A stretch of 63,790 nt of DNA from Pedosphaera sp. (GTDB taxonomy: Bacteria; Verrucomicrobiota; Verrucomicrobiia; Limisphaerales; SIBH01), in assembly GCA_031414955.1 (NCBI GenBank), contig JANOQV010000171.1, positions 1 through 63,790 of the forward strand. Direction: 5' to 3'. Shown here piece by piece: positions 9,159 to 19,322 of this stretch. Within the stretch, counting starts at the first letter, position 1. Every line of letters starts with the position of its first letter. Below the pieces are notes generated by a model. It saw nothing but the letters and a program-made list of their open reading frames with translations, was not told the DNA's origin and ran no database searches. A program made the position numbers and the translations under genes.

Positions 9159-10385
9159 ATGAAAACATTTCTCGCGATTCTGGTTTCCATCGGCGCGCCG
9201 CTTTTCCTGCCGCTGGACTTGCGCGCCGCGAACCTGGGCGACCCGGCCGGGGCGCTGGACATTTCCGACTGGGTCAAGGGCGACGCGGTGGACCTGGAAA
9301 GCGCGAAGGGCAAGCGCGTGGTGGTGATCGAGTTCTGGGCCACCTGGTGCGGGCCTTGCCGCGTGAGCATTCCCCACCTCACCGAGTTGCAGAAGAAGTA
9401 TGCGTCGCGTGGTGTGGCCATCATCGGCGTGAGCGACGAGACCAGCGCCACGGTGAAGTCGTTCGTCGGCAGTATGGGAGAGAAGATGGATTATACGGTG
9501 GCGGTGGATCGGGACCGCCGGACATCCGAGGCGTTCATGGGCACCTATGGCGTCAATGGCATTCCTCACGCGTTCGTGATCGACAAGGAGGGCCGCGTGG
9601 CCTGGCACGGACACCCGATGTACGGCCTGGAGCGTGTGCTGGATCAACTGGCCTCGAACACCTTCGACATGGCGGCGGAGCGCAAGCGCGAAGGCGCCCA
9701 GCGCAAGATCATGGAGTATTACGAGATGGCCATGCGCGGCGAGAGCGAGGAGAAGCTGGACAGGCTGGGCGCGCAACTGACCGCGCTGGACAAGGAGATG
9801 GGCGGCATCGAGCCGAGCAAGGCGCTCGACCTGCCCGAACTGCGCAAGATGGGACGCTTCCAGGGACTCATGCGCGAGTATCAGCAGGCCATGTTCACGG
9901 GCAAGAGCGAGGCGGAGCTGGAGCGAATCGAGAAGAAGGCCGCGCCGCTCGCGCCCAAGGAATTCAACTTCGCGGAGTTCAAATCCCAGTTCCAGCTTCA
10001 GCGCGTCTTCACGGAGTATTACCGCGCCGTGACCGGCCGGGGCAACGAAGGCAAGGCTGAGGAACTGGCGCAACGGCTGGAAGGCGTGCAATCCGGCGAC
10101 GCCGAGGCGCTGACCGAGATCGCCTGGACGCTGCTGACCGACGAAAAGATCAAGACGCGCAATCCCAAGCTGGCCTTGAAGCTGGCGCGCGCGGCCTTTG
10201 ATGCTTCAGAAGGAAAAGACCCGAATGCCGCCGACACCTACGCGCGCGCGCTGTTCGACACCGGCAAAGTGGCCGAGGCGATTCTGCAACAGAAGAAGGC
10301 CGTGGAACTCTGCGAGGACAAGGATAAGAAGTCGGAATTGCAGGCCACGCTCCAGCGCTACCAGGAAAAAAGCCAGGCGAAGTGA
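9159..10385 (+). CDS. TlpA/redoxin thiol-disulfide oxidoreductase with C-terminal helical/TPR region
   Basis: FWATWCGPC, GIPHAFVIDKEG; C-terminal DTYARALF..AI..QKKAVEL. Confidence 0.88.
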   Translation: MKTFLAILVSIGAPLFLPLDLRAANLGDPAGALDISDWVKGDAVDLESAKGKRVVVIEFWATWCGPCRVSIPHLTELQKKYASRGVAIIGVSDETSATVKSFVGSMGEKMDYTVAVDRDRRTSEAFMGTYGVNGIPHAFVIDKEGRVAWHGHPMYGLERVLDQLASNTFDMAAERKREGAQRKIMEYYEMAMRGESEEKLDRLGAQLTALDKEMGGIEPSKALDLPELRKMGRFQGLMREYQQAMFTGKSEAELERIEKKAAPLAPKEFNFAEFKSQFQLQRVFTEYYRAVTGRGNEGKAEELAQRLEGVQSGDAEALTEIAWTLLTDEKIKTRNPKLALKLARAAFDASEGKDPNAADTYARALFDTGKVAEAILQQKKAVELCEDKDKKSELQATLQRYQEKSQAK

Positions 10386-13187
10386 TCAAGCCTGGCGTGC
10401 CGGTCCTTGCTGGCCTGGTAGCGCCAGGATGGATTCGCGCAGCCGCCGCTCGATCAGCTTGATCGAGGCGGCGTCCTCCACCTTCCGTCCCAGCATGTCC
10501 GTGACGTAGAACGTGTCCACGGCCGCGCCTTTTTCGGTCAGGATTTTCGCCACTGAGATGTCGAGCTGCAATTCCGCGAACACCTGCGAGATGCTGTAGA
10601 GCAGCCCGATGCGATCCTCGGTTTCGACCTCGATGATGGTGCGCGTCTCCGAGCTGTGCGCGTCGATCTCGATGCGGGTCGGGATGCTCTCGCCGTCGTG
10701 CGATTGGTACAGGGGCCGGGCCGTGCGCTGTTTCGCAATCAAGGCCGGCAAATCGAGCGACTCGTCCTGGAGCGCGCGCAGCATAAGCTCCGTGAATCGC
10801 TCCCGCCCCTCGCGCGTGACCAGCGCGCTGGCCACCGCGTCGGTGACGAAAAAAGTGTCAAGCGCCACGCCGTCCGCGCGGGTGAAACTTTGGGAACTGA
10901 GAATGTTGATCCCCGCCGCGCTCAGCGAGCCGGTGATGCGACTGAACAATCCGAGCCGATCCCAGGTGCAGACCTTGAGTGTGGTGTAGCCGCGATCGGG
11001 TTCGTTGTGCCAGGAGAGGACCGGCTCCAGGGCGTGATCGTCCTCCGTGATCTGATGCTGCATGAAGAGATGAATTAGCACCAGATCACCGGCAATCTCG
11101 CGCGCGCCATGAATCCGGAAATAGCGCGGCGGCAGGTGCTGGAAGTGGGCGTGCAATTCGTCCTGGCCAAATGTTTTCGGCAACAGACGGGCGATCTCCT
11201 CCTCCAGCAGCTCGCGCTCGAGCCGGGCCGCCTGTTCCGACGCAGCCCCGCCCAGGAGGTAGTCGAAGGTCTTGCGGTGCAGGGTGAGCAGCAGGGAATC
11301 CTTGAAACTGTTCCACAGTTGATCGCTGGTCCCGGTCGAGTCGGCGAAGGTGTGCAGGGTGAGCATGCGGAGGTTCTCGGCCGTCTGGACCTGGGCGGCG
11401 ATGGTGCGGATCACTGACTCGTCGTCCAGATCGCGCCGCTGCGAGGTCACGGCCAGCAGCAGGTGCTGCTCGATAATCAGCCGCAGGGCGTGGGTGGTGG
11501 AGCCGTCCAGGGCCAGCCGTTTGCCCACGCGCAGCGCGATCTTGCCGCCCACCTCGCTGTGGTTGCCGGTGTGGAGAGCCTTGCCCGCATCATGCAGCAG
11601 CAAGGCCAGGTAAAGCACAAAAGGCCGCTCCACCTCGTGAAACATCTCCGAGTAATTGCTGAAGGGCGGTTCCTTCGACTCCCAAACTTGATCCAGCTTC
11701 TCGATGCAGACCAGGGTGTGCGCGTCGGTGGTGTACTGGTGATAGAACTCGTGCTGCACCAGGCAGGTGAGCTTGCCGAACTCCGGGATGTATTTTCCGA
11801 GCAGCCCCATGTCGTGCATGGCTCGCAGCGCCGGAGCCACGTTGCCGCGCGAGTTCAGGATTTCCAGGAACGTGGCCCGCACGTGCTCATCCTTCAAAAA
11901 GCCGCCGTCCACCAGCCGCAATTCCTGGCGAATCATCTGCTTGAGGTCTGGATGCAGCTTCAGCCCGCGCTGCTGGGCATAAAGAAACACGCGCATCAGG
12001 CGGCGCGGCTGTTCTTTGAAGACCCGCGGCCCGGCGGCGTGGATTTCGCCCTCGATGAATTTGAAACCATCGAGCACCTGGGCCTTCGACTTGCCCAGCC
12101 GGTCGAGAATCAGGCGCTTGAAACCGGGCAGCAATTTGGGTCTGGGCCGTAGCGCCAGCCGCTGCTCCAGCGTGTCGGTGATGAGATAAATGTTCCGCGT
12201 GTGCTTGTAAAACTCGCCCATGAACTGCTCCAGCCGGCGGCTGGGCGAGCGGTCGGTGTAGCCGAGATTGTGGGCCACGTTCGGTTGCACGCTCTTCGAG
12301 AGCACGTCCACGGCGCGCTCGGTGTGGTAATGCAGTTCGTTGCGCGCGCGGAGCAGGAAGTCGTAGGCCGTTTCAAGCTGGCGCCCTTCGGTCGCACTGA
12401 TCAGATCGCGCTTCTCCATCTCCGCCGTGCTGCGCGTGCGATGTTTGAAGAAGGCCATCCAATGCAAGTTCTGGTAGTCGCGCAAGCCGCCGCAGCCGTT
12501 CTTGATGTTCGGCTCCTGCATGGTCGCGGAGTTGCCGAACTTGGCGTGGCGCAAGGCCTGGTCCTTCACCCGCGCCTCAATGTATTCCTCCTCGAAGCCG
12601 GCCACACACTTCTCCACCAGTTGCCTTTGAAAAATCCGGAACAGCTCGGAATTGCCCGTGACCAGCCGCGCCTCGATGAGCGAGGTCTTGGACTGCATGT
12701 CGGTGTTCGCGATGTGAATGCAGTCAGTGATGCTGCGCACGGAATGGCCCACCTTCAGCCCGATGTCCCAGAGCGGATAAAGCAAGCCGTCCACGATGGC
12801 GCTCATGACCGGCTTGGGCCGCGCGCCCGAGACCATTTCCCCCGAGTGTAGGAACATGAAGTCGATGTCGCTGAACGGATTCAACTCGCCGCGCCCGTAA
12901 CCGCCGATGGCGACGAGGGCGATAGGGGGAAGATTTTTTTCCGCCAACTCCGGCGTGGCGGCACGCGTGCCCTCGAGGATGTGGCGCAGCAGCAAGTCGA
13001 GAATGGCCGCCCGCGCGCGGCAGACCTCGCGCCCGCTCCCGCCGGCCCGGTGCAAGATCTTCAACCGGTGCGTTTCGACCTTGAGGAAGTTGCGATAGCG
13101 CACCAGTTCCTCGGTCGGCTTGCGACCAGGCGGGAGCGGGAGACGCGCGCTGGCATTGGCTTCGATTCGTTCGAGCAGACTCGGCAC
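10386..13187 (-). CDS. glnD: [protein-PII] uridylyltransferase/uridylyl-removing enzyme
   Basis: AIGGYGRGELNPFSDID, EPNIKNGCGGLRD, LLHDAGK HD domain, two ACT domains (DRLGLF, DRIGLL). Confidence 0.95.
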   Translation of the reverse strand: MPSLLERIEANASARLPLPPGRKPTEELVRYRNFLKVETHRLKILHRAGGSGREVCRARAAILDLLLRHILEGTRAATPELAEKNLPPIALVAIGGYGRGELNPFSDIDFMFLHSGEMVSGARPKPVMSAIVDGLLYPLWDIGLKVGHSVRSITDCIHIANTDMQSKTSLIEARLVTGNSELFRIFQRQLVEKCVAGFEEEYIEARVKDQALRHAKFGNSATMQEPNIKNGCGGLRDYQNLHWMAFFKHRTRSTAEMEKRDLISATEGRQLETAYDFLLRARNELHYHTERAVDVLSKSVQPNVAHNLGYTDRSPSRRLEQFMGEFYKHTRNIYLITDTLEQRLALRPRPKLLPGFKRLILDRLGKSKAQVLDGFKFIEGEIHAAGPRVFKEQPRRLMRVFLYAQQRGLKLHPDLKQMIRQELRLVDGGFLKDEHVRATFLEILNSRGNVAPALRAMHDMGLLGKYIPEFGKLTCLVQHEFYHQYTTDAHTLVCIEKLDQVWESKEPPFSNYSEMFHEVERPFVLYLALLLHDAGKALHTGNHSEVGGKIALRVGKRLALDGSTTHALRLIIEQHLLLAVTSQRRDLDDESVIRTIAAQVQTAENLRMLTLHTFADSTGTSDQLWNSFKDSLLLTLHRKTFDYLLGGAASEQAARLERELLEEEIARLLPKTFGQDELHAHFQHLPPRYFRIHGAREIAGDLVLIHLFMQHQITEDDHALEPVLSWHNEPDRGYTTLKVCTWDRLGLFSRITGSLSAAGINILSSQSFTRADGVALDTFFVTDAVASALVTREGRERFTELMLRALQDESLDLPALIAKQRTARPLYQSHDGESIPTRIEIDAHSSETRTIIEVETEDRIGLLYSISQVFAELQLDISVAKILTEKGAAVDTFYVTDMLGRKVEDAASIKLIERRLRESILALPGQQGPARQA

Positions 13188-13306
13188 AGCGGGACGCTAC
13201 AAAGTCCCCCTGGCAAAGTCCAAAGTTCAAAGTCGCGCGGTGGGGTGCGCCGGACGCGAAAAACTTGTCCGTGCCAAGAACAGTTCAAGCATGGCAATCC
13301 TATCCC

Positions 13307-13633
13307 GTGAAAAGTGCGAAGCCCTTTGCCGTGGTGCTGGTCACCGCGCCGGACTTGAAGGTCGCCCGTCGGCTGGCCCGCGGAGCGTTGCGAGCCCGGC
13401 TCGTGGCCTGTGCGAATCTCATCCCCCGGATCGAGTCGCATTACTGGTGGCAGGGGCGCATCGAGAAAGGGGCCGAGGTGCTGATCCTGTTCAAGACGAC
13501 CCGGGGCAAACTGGCGGCGCTGGAGAAATTTATCCTCGCCGGGCATCCCTACGACACGCCGGAATTCGTGGTGCTGCCGCTGGCGGCGGGAACGCGGCGT
13601 TACCTGGATTGGATTTCCACTGCCGTGAGGTGA
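13307..13633 (+). CDS. cutA: Divalent-cation tolerance protein CutA
   Basis: LVACANL..IES.YWWQG.IE...E, HPYDTPE. Confidence 0.93.
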   Translation: MKSAKPFAVVLVTAPDLKVARRLARGALRARLVACANLIPRIESHYWWQGRIEKGAEVLILFKTTRGKLAALEKFILAGHPYDTPEFVVLPLAAGTRRYLDWISTAVR

Positions 13634-13762
13634 AGATCCCCGGCTACGAGATGCCTCCGGAGCGATGGCTAAAAGATTTCATGGCAGAACAATTGAACCT
13701 GAATTTTGGGCCGCGGAATTTTTCCGCCACCACCGCCGTCGCAAACACTGCCTGCCTGCCAC

Positions 13763-14404
13763 CTACTCGTCGCGCTTTGGTTCCAGCCGGCCGATGGCGG
13801 CCATGATTTGGTCGGCGATCTCCTGGTAAATTTCCTTGAGCCGTTCCTTGGAACAGGTCTTCGCTTCCTCGCGCAATGCAGTGAAGGGCATTGGCTCTCC
13901 GTACTTCACCGTGACTCGTTTCGGCTTCGGCACTTTCACGGTTCGGCCATAAGCCTCGAACGTGCCCCAGACCCGCACGGGAACGACGGGAGCGCCGCTC
14001 TTCACCACAATCAGTCCGACGCCGTGGCGCACGGATTGCAATTGCCCGTCGTGAGTCCGCGTGCCTTCGGGGAACAGGATCACGGCGCGGCCCCGGCCCA
14101 GCGCGGCCACGATGCGCTTCATGCCGCTCGCCCCGCCGCCGTCGCGGTCGATGGGCACGGCCTGCCACTGGGTGAAAAGCCAGCGGATGGGCGGAAAACG
14201 AAACAACGTCTCGCGGGCCAGAAAAGTGCATTCGCGTTTCAACCCGCAGCCCACCAGCGGCGGGTCGAGGATGCTGGCGTGATTGCAGGCCAGCAGCACC
14301 GCGCCGCTTTCCGGCACGCGCTCGGGGTGGAAGACACGCCAACGGAAGTAGGTCGCGTACATCACGCGAAAACAGGACCAGCCGATCCAATAAACGAAGT
14401 TCAC
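13763..14404 (-). CDS. 1-acyl-sn-glycerol-3-phosphate acyltransferase (PlsC family)
   Basis: NHASILDPP, FPEGTRT motifs; overlaps cmk stop. Confidence 0.9.
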   Translation of the reverse strand: MNFVYWIGWSCFRVMYATYFRWRVFHPERVPESGAVLLACNHASILDPPLVGCGLKRECTFLARETLFRFPPIRWLFTQWQAVPIDRDGGGASGMKRIVAALGRGRAVILFPEGTRTHDGQLQSVRHGVGLIVVKSGAPVVPVRVWGTFEAYGRTVKVPKPKRVTVKYGEPMPFTALREEAKTCSKERLKEIYQEIADQIMAAIGRLEPKRDE

Positions 14405-15057
14405 AGGCGGGCCGCGAGTCGTTTCTCCACCTCGGCGATGATGCGCGAGCTGGTTTGTTCCGGTGTCTCGCCCGAATTGTTGATCATCACCGCGCCCAGC
14501 GGGATCATGAGCGGGGCGGCGGCGCGCTGGCTGTCACGCTCATCGCGCGCGGCCAGATTTTCCGTCACGCCCTGGTCGGTCCGGCGCTGTGATCGCTCCT
14601 TCAGGCAGGCATCAAGGTAGAACTTGAAATCCGTCTCGGGAAAAACATTCGAGCCGATGTCCCGCCCTTCCATCACCAGGCTGCCGAACTGGAGGCACTC
14701 GCGCTGCTTGAGCTTCATCCAGTCGCGGACCTTGGGCACCGCCGCCACATGCGGCACGGCTCCGCTCGTCTCGGCGGTGCGGATTTCCTTCTCGGGATAA
14801 TAGCCGTCCACGTTCAGGCGCACGGTCTGGTCGAGACATTGCAGCGTGGTCTTCCAACGGCGGCAGGCGTTGGCCACGGCCTTCTCGTCGTTCACGTCGA
14901 TGCGCTTGGAGAGGCAATACCAGGCCAGGGTGCGGTACATCGCGCCGGTGTCCACATAGACGAAGCCCAGCTTGGTGGCGATGAGTCGGGCGTTGGTGCT
15001 TTTGCCGCTGGCGCTCGTGCCGTCGAGCGCGATGACGATGGGGAATTTGGTTTCCAT
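14401..15057 (-). CDS. cmk: Cytidylate kinase
   Basis: IALDGTSASGKST, DTGAMYR, MEGRDIGS.VFP. Confidence 0.93.
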   Translation of the reverse strand: METKFPIVIALDGTSASGKSTNARLIATKLGFVYVDTGAMYRTLAWYCLSKRIDVNDEKAVANACRRWKTTLQCLDQTVRLNVDGYYPEKEIRTAETSGAVPHVAAVPKVRDWMKLKQRECLQFGSLVMEGRDIGSNVFPETDFKFYLDACLKERSQRRTDQGVTENLAARDERDSQRAAAPLMIPLGAVMINNSGETPEQTSSRIIAEVEKRLAARL

Positions 15058-15376
15058 GTCAGGAGCAGGGGGGCTGCAGCATCAGGGTGAAGGTCCGCAG
15101 CCCCGCCCGGGGCGCGCACCGCGCGTAGCTTTTGATTGTCAGTGCCAGAGTCATTTCAAGTGGCCGCCAAAAGCGAGCCGGGCGTGGATGTTCTTTTCCC
15201 CGCGCCCGCGATGCAATCCGAGAATGCAGGACTCTTGGAATTCTCCACCGCGCCGGATCAGCCGGCAGCGTTATCTTCCTCGGAGTATCATTCCACCGGC
15301 CTCCTCCGAGAATGGGGCCGCCGGCCGGCGGTAAAATGGGAGCGACACATCGAGCCAAGCCTGACATGCTTCGGCC

Positions 15377-15976
15377 ATGGCGCGACTGCTGGTAAAAAAT
15401 CCCGATTTCTCACCCGCCGAAATTCACCTCGGGCCGGGTTGCAATCGGGTCGGGCGCGAAGGCGAGAATGAGTTCCTCCTCCCGCACTCCTCCGTCTCGC
15501 GCCACCACTGCGAAATCTGGCTGACCGAGGATGCGGTCCTGGTGCGCGACCTCGGCTCGCGCAACGGCACCTTTGTGGACGAGGCGAGAGTGCAGGAAGC
15601 GCAGGTCTCCACCGGCCAGACGCTGCGCCTGGGCGACGTGGAACTGGTGCTTACTGAAGCGCCAGTCCGCATTTCGGTGCCGGATCTGCCCATGCCACCG
15701 CCCCCAAAGGAAACGACCTTCATGCCCGATGGAACGCCCTGCTGCCTTCGCCACGAGGGCGTGGCCGCCGTCATGCAATGCACCAAATGCACTCATGTGT
15801 TCTGCGGCAACTGCGTGCGCGAACTGCGCGTGGCCGGCGGCACGCCGCGGCGGTTCTGTCCGGACTGCGGCGGCGCCTGCGAGCGGATCGCACCCGCCGA
15901 TTCAGGTAAGAGGCGTTCGGGCTGGCTGGGCAAACTGGTGGACGCCTTTACCAAACCCACGCCGCGAAAGCCCTGA
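15377..15976 (+). CDS. FHA domain protein with C-terminal Cys/His zinc-binding region
   Basis: VGR..SVSRHHC..DLGSRNGT FHA motifs; CCLRH..CTKC..CGNC..CPDC. Confidence 0.88.
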   Translation: MARLLVKNPDFSPAEIHLGPGCNRVGREGENEFLLPHSSVSRHHCEIWLTEDAVLVRDLGSRNGTFVDEARVQEAQVSTGQTLRLGDVELVLTEAPVRISVPDLPMPPPPKETTFMPDGTPCCLRHEGVAAVMQCTKCTHVFCGNCVRELRVAGGTPRRFCPDCGGACERIAPADSGKRRSGWLGKLVDAFTKPTPRKP

Positions 15977-16122
15977 GCCGTCCGGGCCGGCAAAAGACCA
16001 TTCACCTGGTCCAGAAACCAGCCCCGAGATCCGCCCGAACTTCGGATCAATATGCAACCGAAGTTCGCAACCCGTGTCTCTTGGGCTGCAAGGATGCATT
16101 CTGGAATCCGTAGAGTCTCCCC

Positions 16123-17493
16123 CTACTTCCCGATGCAGAACTGGCTGAAGATGGAGTCGAGCAAATCTTCCGTCGTGGTCTTGCCCACAATTTCGCCGAT
16201 GGCGTTCACGGCCAGGCGCAACTCCATGGCGGCAATCTCCAGCGTCTGGCCGTCCTGAAAGGCGCCGATCGTATTCTCCGTGGCTTCCCGCGCCCGCCGC
16301 AGCGCCTCCTGATGCCGTGAGTTGATCATGACCTGCAGCATGTCGGCGTGAATTGCGCCGGCCCAGACCAGGCCTCGGATGGCATCCTTGAGCGCCTCCA
16401 ATCCCGCGCCCGTCGCGCAACTCACCTCGACTTGCGGTGCTTCCTCGGCGGGCAGGAGAAGACGCTTCGGCCGGTCGGCCTTGTTGAGCACGAGGATGCG
16501 TTTGCGCCCGGACAGTTCATGGAGGGAAACTTGGTCGGCTTCGGTCAACGGCTCGGAGTTGTCGAGGACGTGCAGGATCAGCTCCGCGCGTTCCAGGCTG
16601 GCCCGGCTGCGCTTGATGCCTTCGGCTTCGATTTCATCCGTTGCCTCGCGTAAGCCCGCCGTGTCGATGAAGATCACTGGTAGCCCGCGAATGTTCGCCG
16701 TCTCCTCGATGGTGTCCCGCGTGGTGCCGGGAAGCGCGGAGACGATCGCGCGGTCGTGGCCGAGCAGTTGGTTGAGCAGGCTCGACTTGCCGACGTTGGG
16801 CCGCCCGACGATGGCGGCGCGGATGCCACGGCGCAGGATCTGGCCTTCGTTCGCCGTGCTCAGCAACTCATCCATGAAGGCGACGGCGTGGCGCAGTCGC
16901 CCGAGCAGTTGCTCCTGCGTGTCCGGCGAAATGTCCTCGTCGGGAAAATCGATGTGCGCCTCGATATGCGCGAGGGTGCGCATCATCTGGTCGCGGACTT
17001 CGTTGATGCGCTGCGAGAGCTTGCCGGCGAGTTGCTCGTGGGCGGCGGTCACGGCCAGTTCCGTGCGCGCGGCAATGAGGTCGGCCACGGCTTCGGCCTG
17101 GGCGAGGTCGAGGCGGCCATTGAGGAAGGCGCGCTTGGTGAATTCCCCCGGCTCCGCCAGCCTCGCGCCACTGGCCAGCAGCGCATCCAAAACCAGCTTC
17201 GTGGTCAGCACCCCGCCGTGACAGGTGATCTCGACCACATCCTCCCGCGTGAACGTGCGCGGTGCCCGCATCACCCCTGCCAGCACTTCATCCACTCTGC
17301 GGTCTTGGTGAACAATATGGCCGTAATGGATGGTGTGCGTGGCGGCGGTGGAGATCTTTCCGGAGGATTTTCCACCCGGAACAAAGACCTTGTCCGCGCA
17401 CGCCAAAGCGTTCGCGCCCGAAACGCGGATGACCGCCAGCCCGCCTTCCCCAAGCGGCGTGGCGATGGCGGCAATGGTATCGTCGTGGAACAT
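16123..17493 (-). CDS. mnmE: tRNA modification GTPase MnmE
   Basis: DTIAAIATP, GRPNVGKSS, GTTRD, DTAG, NKAD, terminal FCIGK. Confidence 0.97.
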   Translation of the reverse strand: MFHDDTIAAIATPLGEGGLAVIRVSGANALACADKVFVPGGKSSGKISTAATHTIHYGHIVHQDRRVDEVLAGVMRAPRTFTREDVVEITCHGGVLTTKLVLDALLASGARLAEPGEFTKRAFLNGRLDLAQAEAVADLIAARTELAVTAAHEQLAGKLSQRINEVRDQMMRTLAHIEAHIDFPDEDISPDTQEQLLGRLRHAVAFMDELLSTANEGQILRRGIRAAIVGRPNVGKSSLLNQLLGHDRAIVSALPGTTRDTIEETANIRGLPVIFIDTAGLREATDEIEAEGIKRSRASLERAELILHVLDNSEPLTEADQVSLHELSGRKRILVLNKADRPKRLLLPAEEAPQVEVSCATGAGLEALKDAIRGLVWAGAIHADMLQVMINSRHQEALRRAREATENTIGAFQDGQTLEIAAMELRLAVNAIGEIVGKTTTEDLLDSIFSQFCIGK

Positions 17494-17795
17494 CAGCTTT
17501 TCGGCTGCCAGGGGCGTCCCTGTTCATCCATGTGGCCGTGGCAGTTGCCACGGGCATTTTCCGCCTCGCGCCCTTGCAGAAACAACCGCGCCTTCTCGTA
17601 ACTTTTCTTGTGCAGATAATGCATCAGCAGCGGGTCGGAGGTCGTCGGCAGTGAGCGCATCAGGTCATCCAGCCGCGCGAACAACGGCAGCAAGCTGGGC
17701 TTGGGTGCCGTGCGCGCCATGGTCTCGACCGTGCGCTCCAGATCGAGCAACGCGTCGAGAATGTTTCGTTCCAGGTCCGTCATGGCGGAGTTCAT
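17493..17795 (-). CDS. Hypothetical protein
   Basis: Stop overlaps mnmE start; plausible composition (LMHYLHKKSYEKARLFL). Confidence 0.65.
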   Translation of the reverse strand: MNSAMTDLERNILDALLDLERTVETMARTAPKPSLLPLFARLDDLMRSLPTTSDPLLMHYLHKKSYEKARLFLQGREAENARGNCHGHMDEQGRPWQPKS

Positions 17796-17903
17796 AGCGC
17801 ATCCGCCGTATTTCACCAAGCGCTTCGAGGCTCCCTCTGCTCACGGTCCGGCCTGGACTGAGAATCGTTGCGCGGCGTCGCCGGAAATTCTTAACTCACC
17901 GGC

Positions 17904-19118
17904 ATGTCAACCATTGCCGTCCTTGGAACCATGGACACGAAGGGCGAGGAGCACGCCTTCGTCGCCGAACTCATCCGCCAGCGCGGGCACCAAACGCTCA
18001 TCATCGACGTGGGCACTCTCGAAGCCCCCAAGCTCAAGCCCGACATCGCCCGCGAGGCAGTGGCCCAGTCCGCCGGAGCCGACCTCGCTGCGCTGGTGGC
18101 GCGCCGGGATCGCGGCGAAGCTGTCACGGCCATGTCCAAGGGCGCACCGCTGGTTCTGTCGCGACTGCTGGCGGAGAAAAGGATCGACGGTGTGATTTCG
18201 CTCGGCGGCGGCGGCGGCACCTCCATCTGCACGGCCGCGATGCGCGCCCTGCCCATCGGTTTCCCCAAGCTCATGGTCTCTACGCTGGCCAGCGGCAACA
18301 CTGCCCAGTACGTCGGAGTGAAGGACATTGTGATGTTTCCAAGCATCGTGGACGTGTCTGGTTTGAACCGCATCTCGCGGCAGATTCTCACCCGCGCGGC
18401 GGGCGCGATTTGCGGCATGGTCGAGATGCAGATTCCGAAGGCCGAGGACGAACCGGTGATCGTCGCCAGCCAGTTCGGCAACACGACCGATTGCGTCACG
18501 CACGCCCGCAAACTTCTGGAGCAAGCCGGCTACGAAGTGCTCGTTTTCCACGCCACCGGCACCGGCGGGCGCACCATGGAATCACTCATCGAAGCCGGAC
18601 TCGTGACGGGCGTGCTCGACATCACCACCACCGAATGGGCCGATGAACTGGTCGGCGGCATCCTCGGCGCGGGACCCACGCGTTGCGAAGCGGCCGCGAA
18701 ACACGCCGTGCCCGCCATCGTCACGCCCGGTTGCCTCGACATGGTGAACTTCGGCGCTCCGGAAACCGTGCCCGCGAAGTTCGCCGGCCGCCGCTTCTAC
18801 CATCACAACCCGCAGGTCACGCTCATGCGCACCACGCCGGAGGAGTGCCAGCGCCTTGGTGAAATCCTCGCGGAGAAAGTCAACGGCTCGAAAGCGCCAG
18901 TGACAGTCTTGATTCCCTTGCGCGGCATCAGCGTGATCAGCGCGGCGGGTCAGCCTTTCCACGATCCTGCCGCCGATGCCGCGTTGTTCGCTGGGTTGAA
19001 GGCGAACCTCCGCAAAGACATCGCCGTGCGCGAACTCGACTGCAACATCAACGACGCGGCGTTTGCCGAGACGTGCGTGGAAGAGTTGTTGAAGAATGTC
19101 GCGGCGCGGCGTAGCTGA
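17904..19118 (+). CDS. Tm-1-like ATP-binding domain protein (UPF0261)
   Basis: LGTMDTKGEE, GGGGGT, LPIGFPKLMVST, VFHATGTGG, DMVNFG, HNPQVTLMRT. Confidence 0.92.
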   Translation: MSTIAVLGTMDTKGEEHAFVAELIRQRGHQTLIIDVGTLEAPKLKPDIAREAVAQSAGADLAALVARRDRGEAVTAMSKGAPLVLSRLLAEKRIDGVISLGGGGGTSICTAAMRALPIGFPKLMVSTLASGNTAQYVGVKDIVMFPSIVDVSGLNRISRQILTRAAGAICGMVEMQIPKAEDEPVIVASQFGNTTDCVTHARKLLEQAGYEVLVFHATGTGGRTMESLIEAGLVTGVLDITTTEWADELVGGILGAGPTRCEAAAKHAVPAIVTPGCLDMVNFGAPETVPAKFAGRRFYHHNPQVTLMRTTPEECQRLGEILAEKVNGSKAPVTVLIPLRGISVISAAGQPFHDPAADAALFAGLKANLRKDIAVRELDCNINDAAFAETCVEELLKNVAARRS

Positions 19119-19322
19119 TTTTGCACGTCGGTTAAATCTTTGGTCAGTCAAGCGCGCCAGGCCACCCGCGCGCGGTTATGGGGTGGGGTCAGACTCGGCA
19201 CAGACTCAACCAAGGTGTGATGGCAGCGGTCGCGCCGCGACCACAGAGTCTGGCTGCACTCAAAGCACGGGAGTGCCATCTCAAAGCTCGCGCTCGCTTT
19301 TTGAAGCCAATAGAACCCAAGC

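Noticed and set aside
15059..15367. Short ORFs between cmk and the FHA gene
   Set aside because: No recognisable motifs; more likely a divergent promoter region
19219..19280. tRNA gene upstream of rtcB
   Set aside because: No canonical T-loop or anticodon arm; kept only as a low-confidence structured leader
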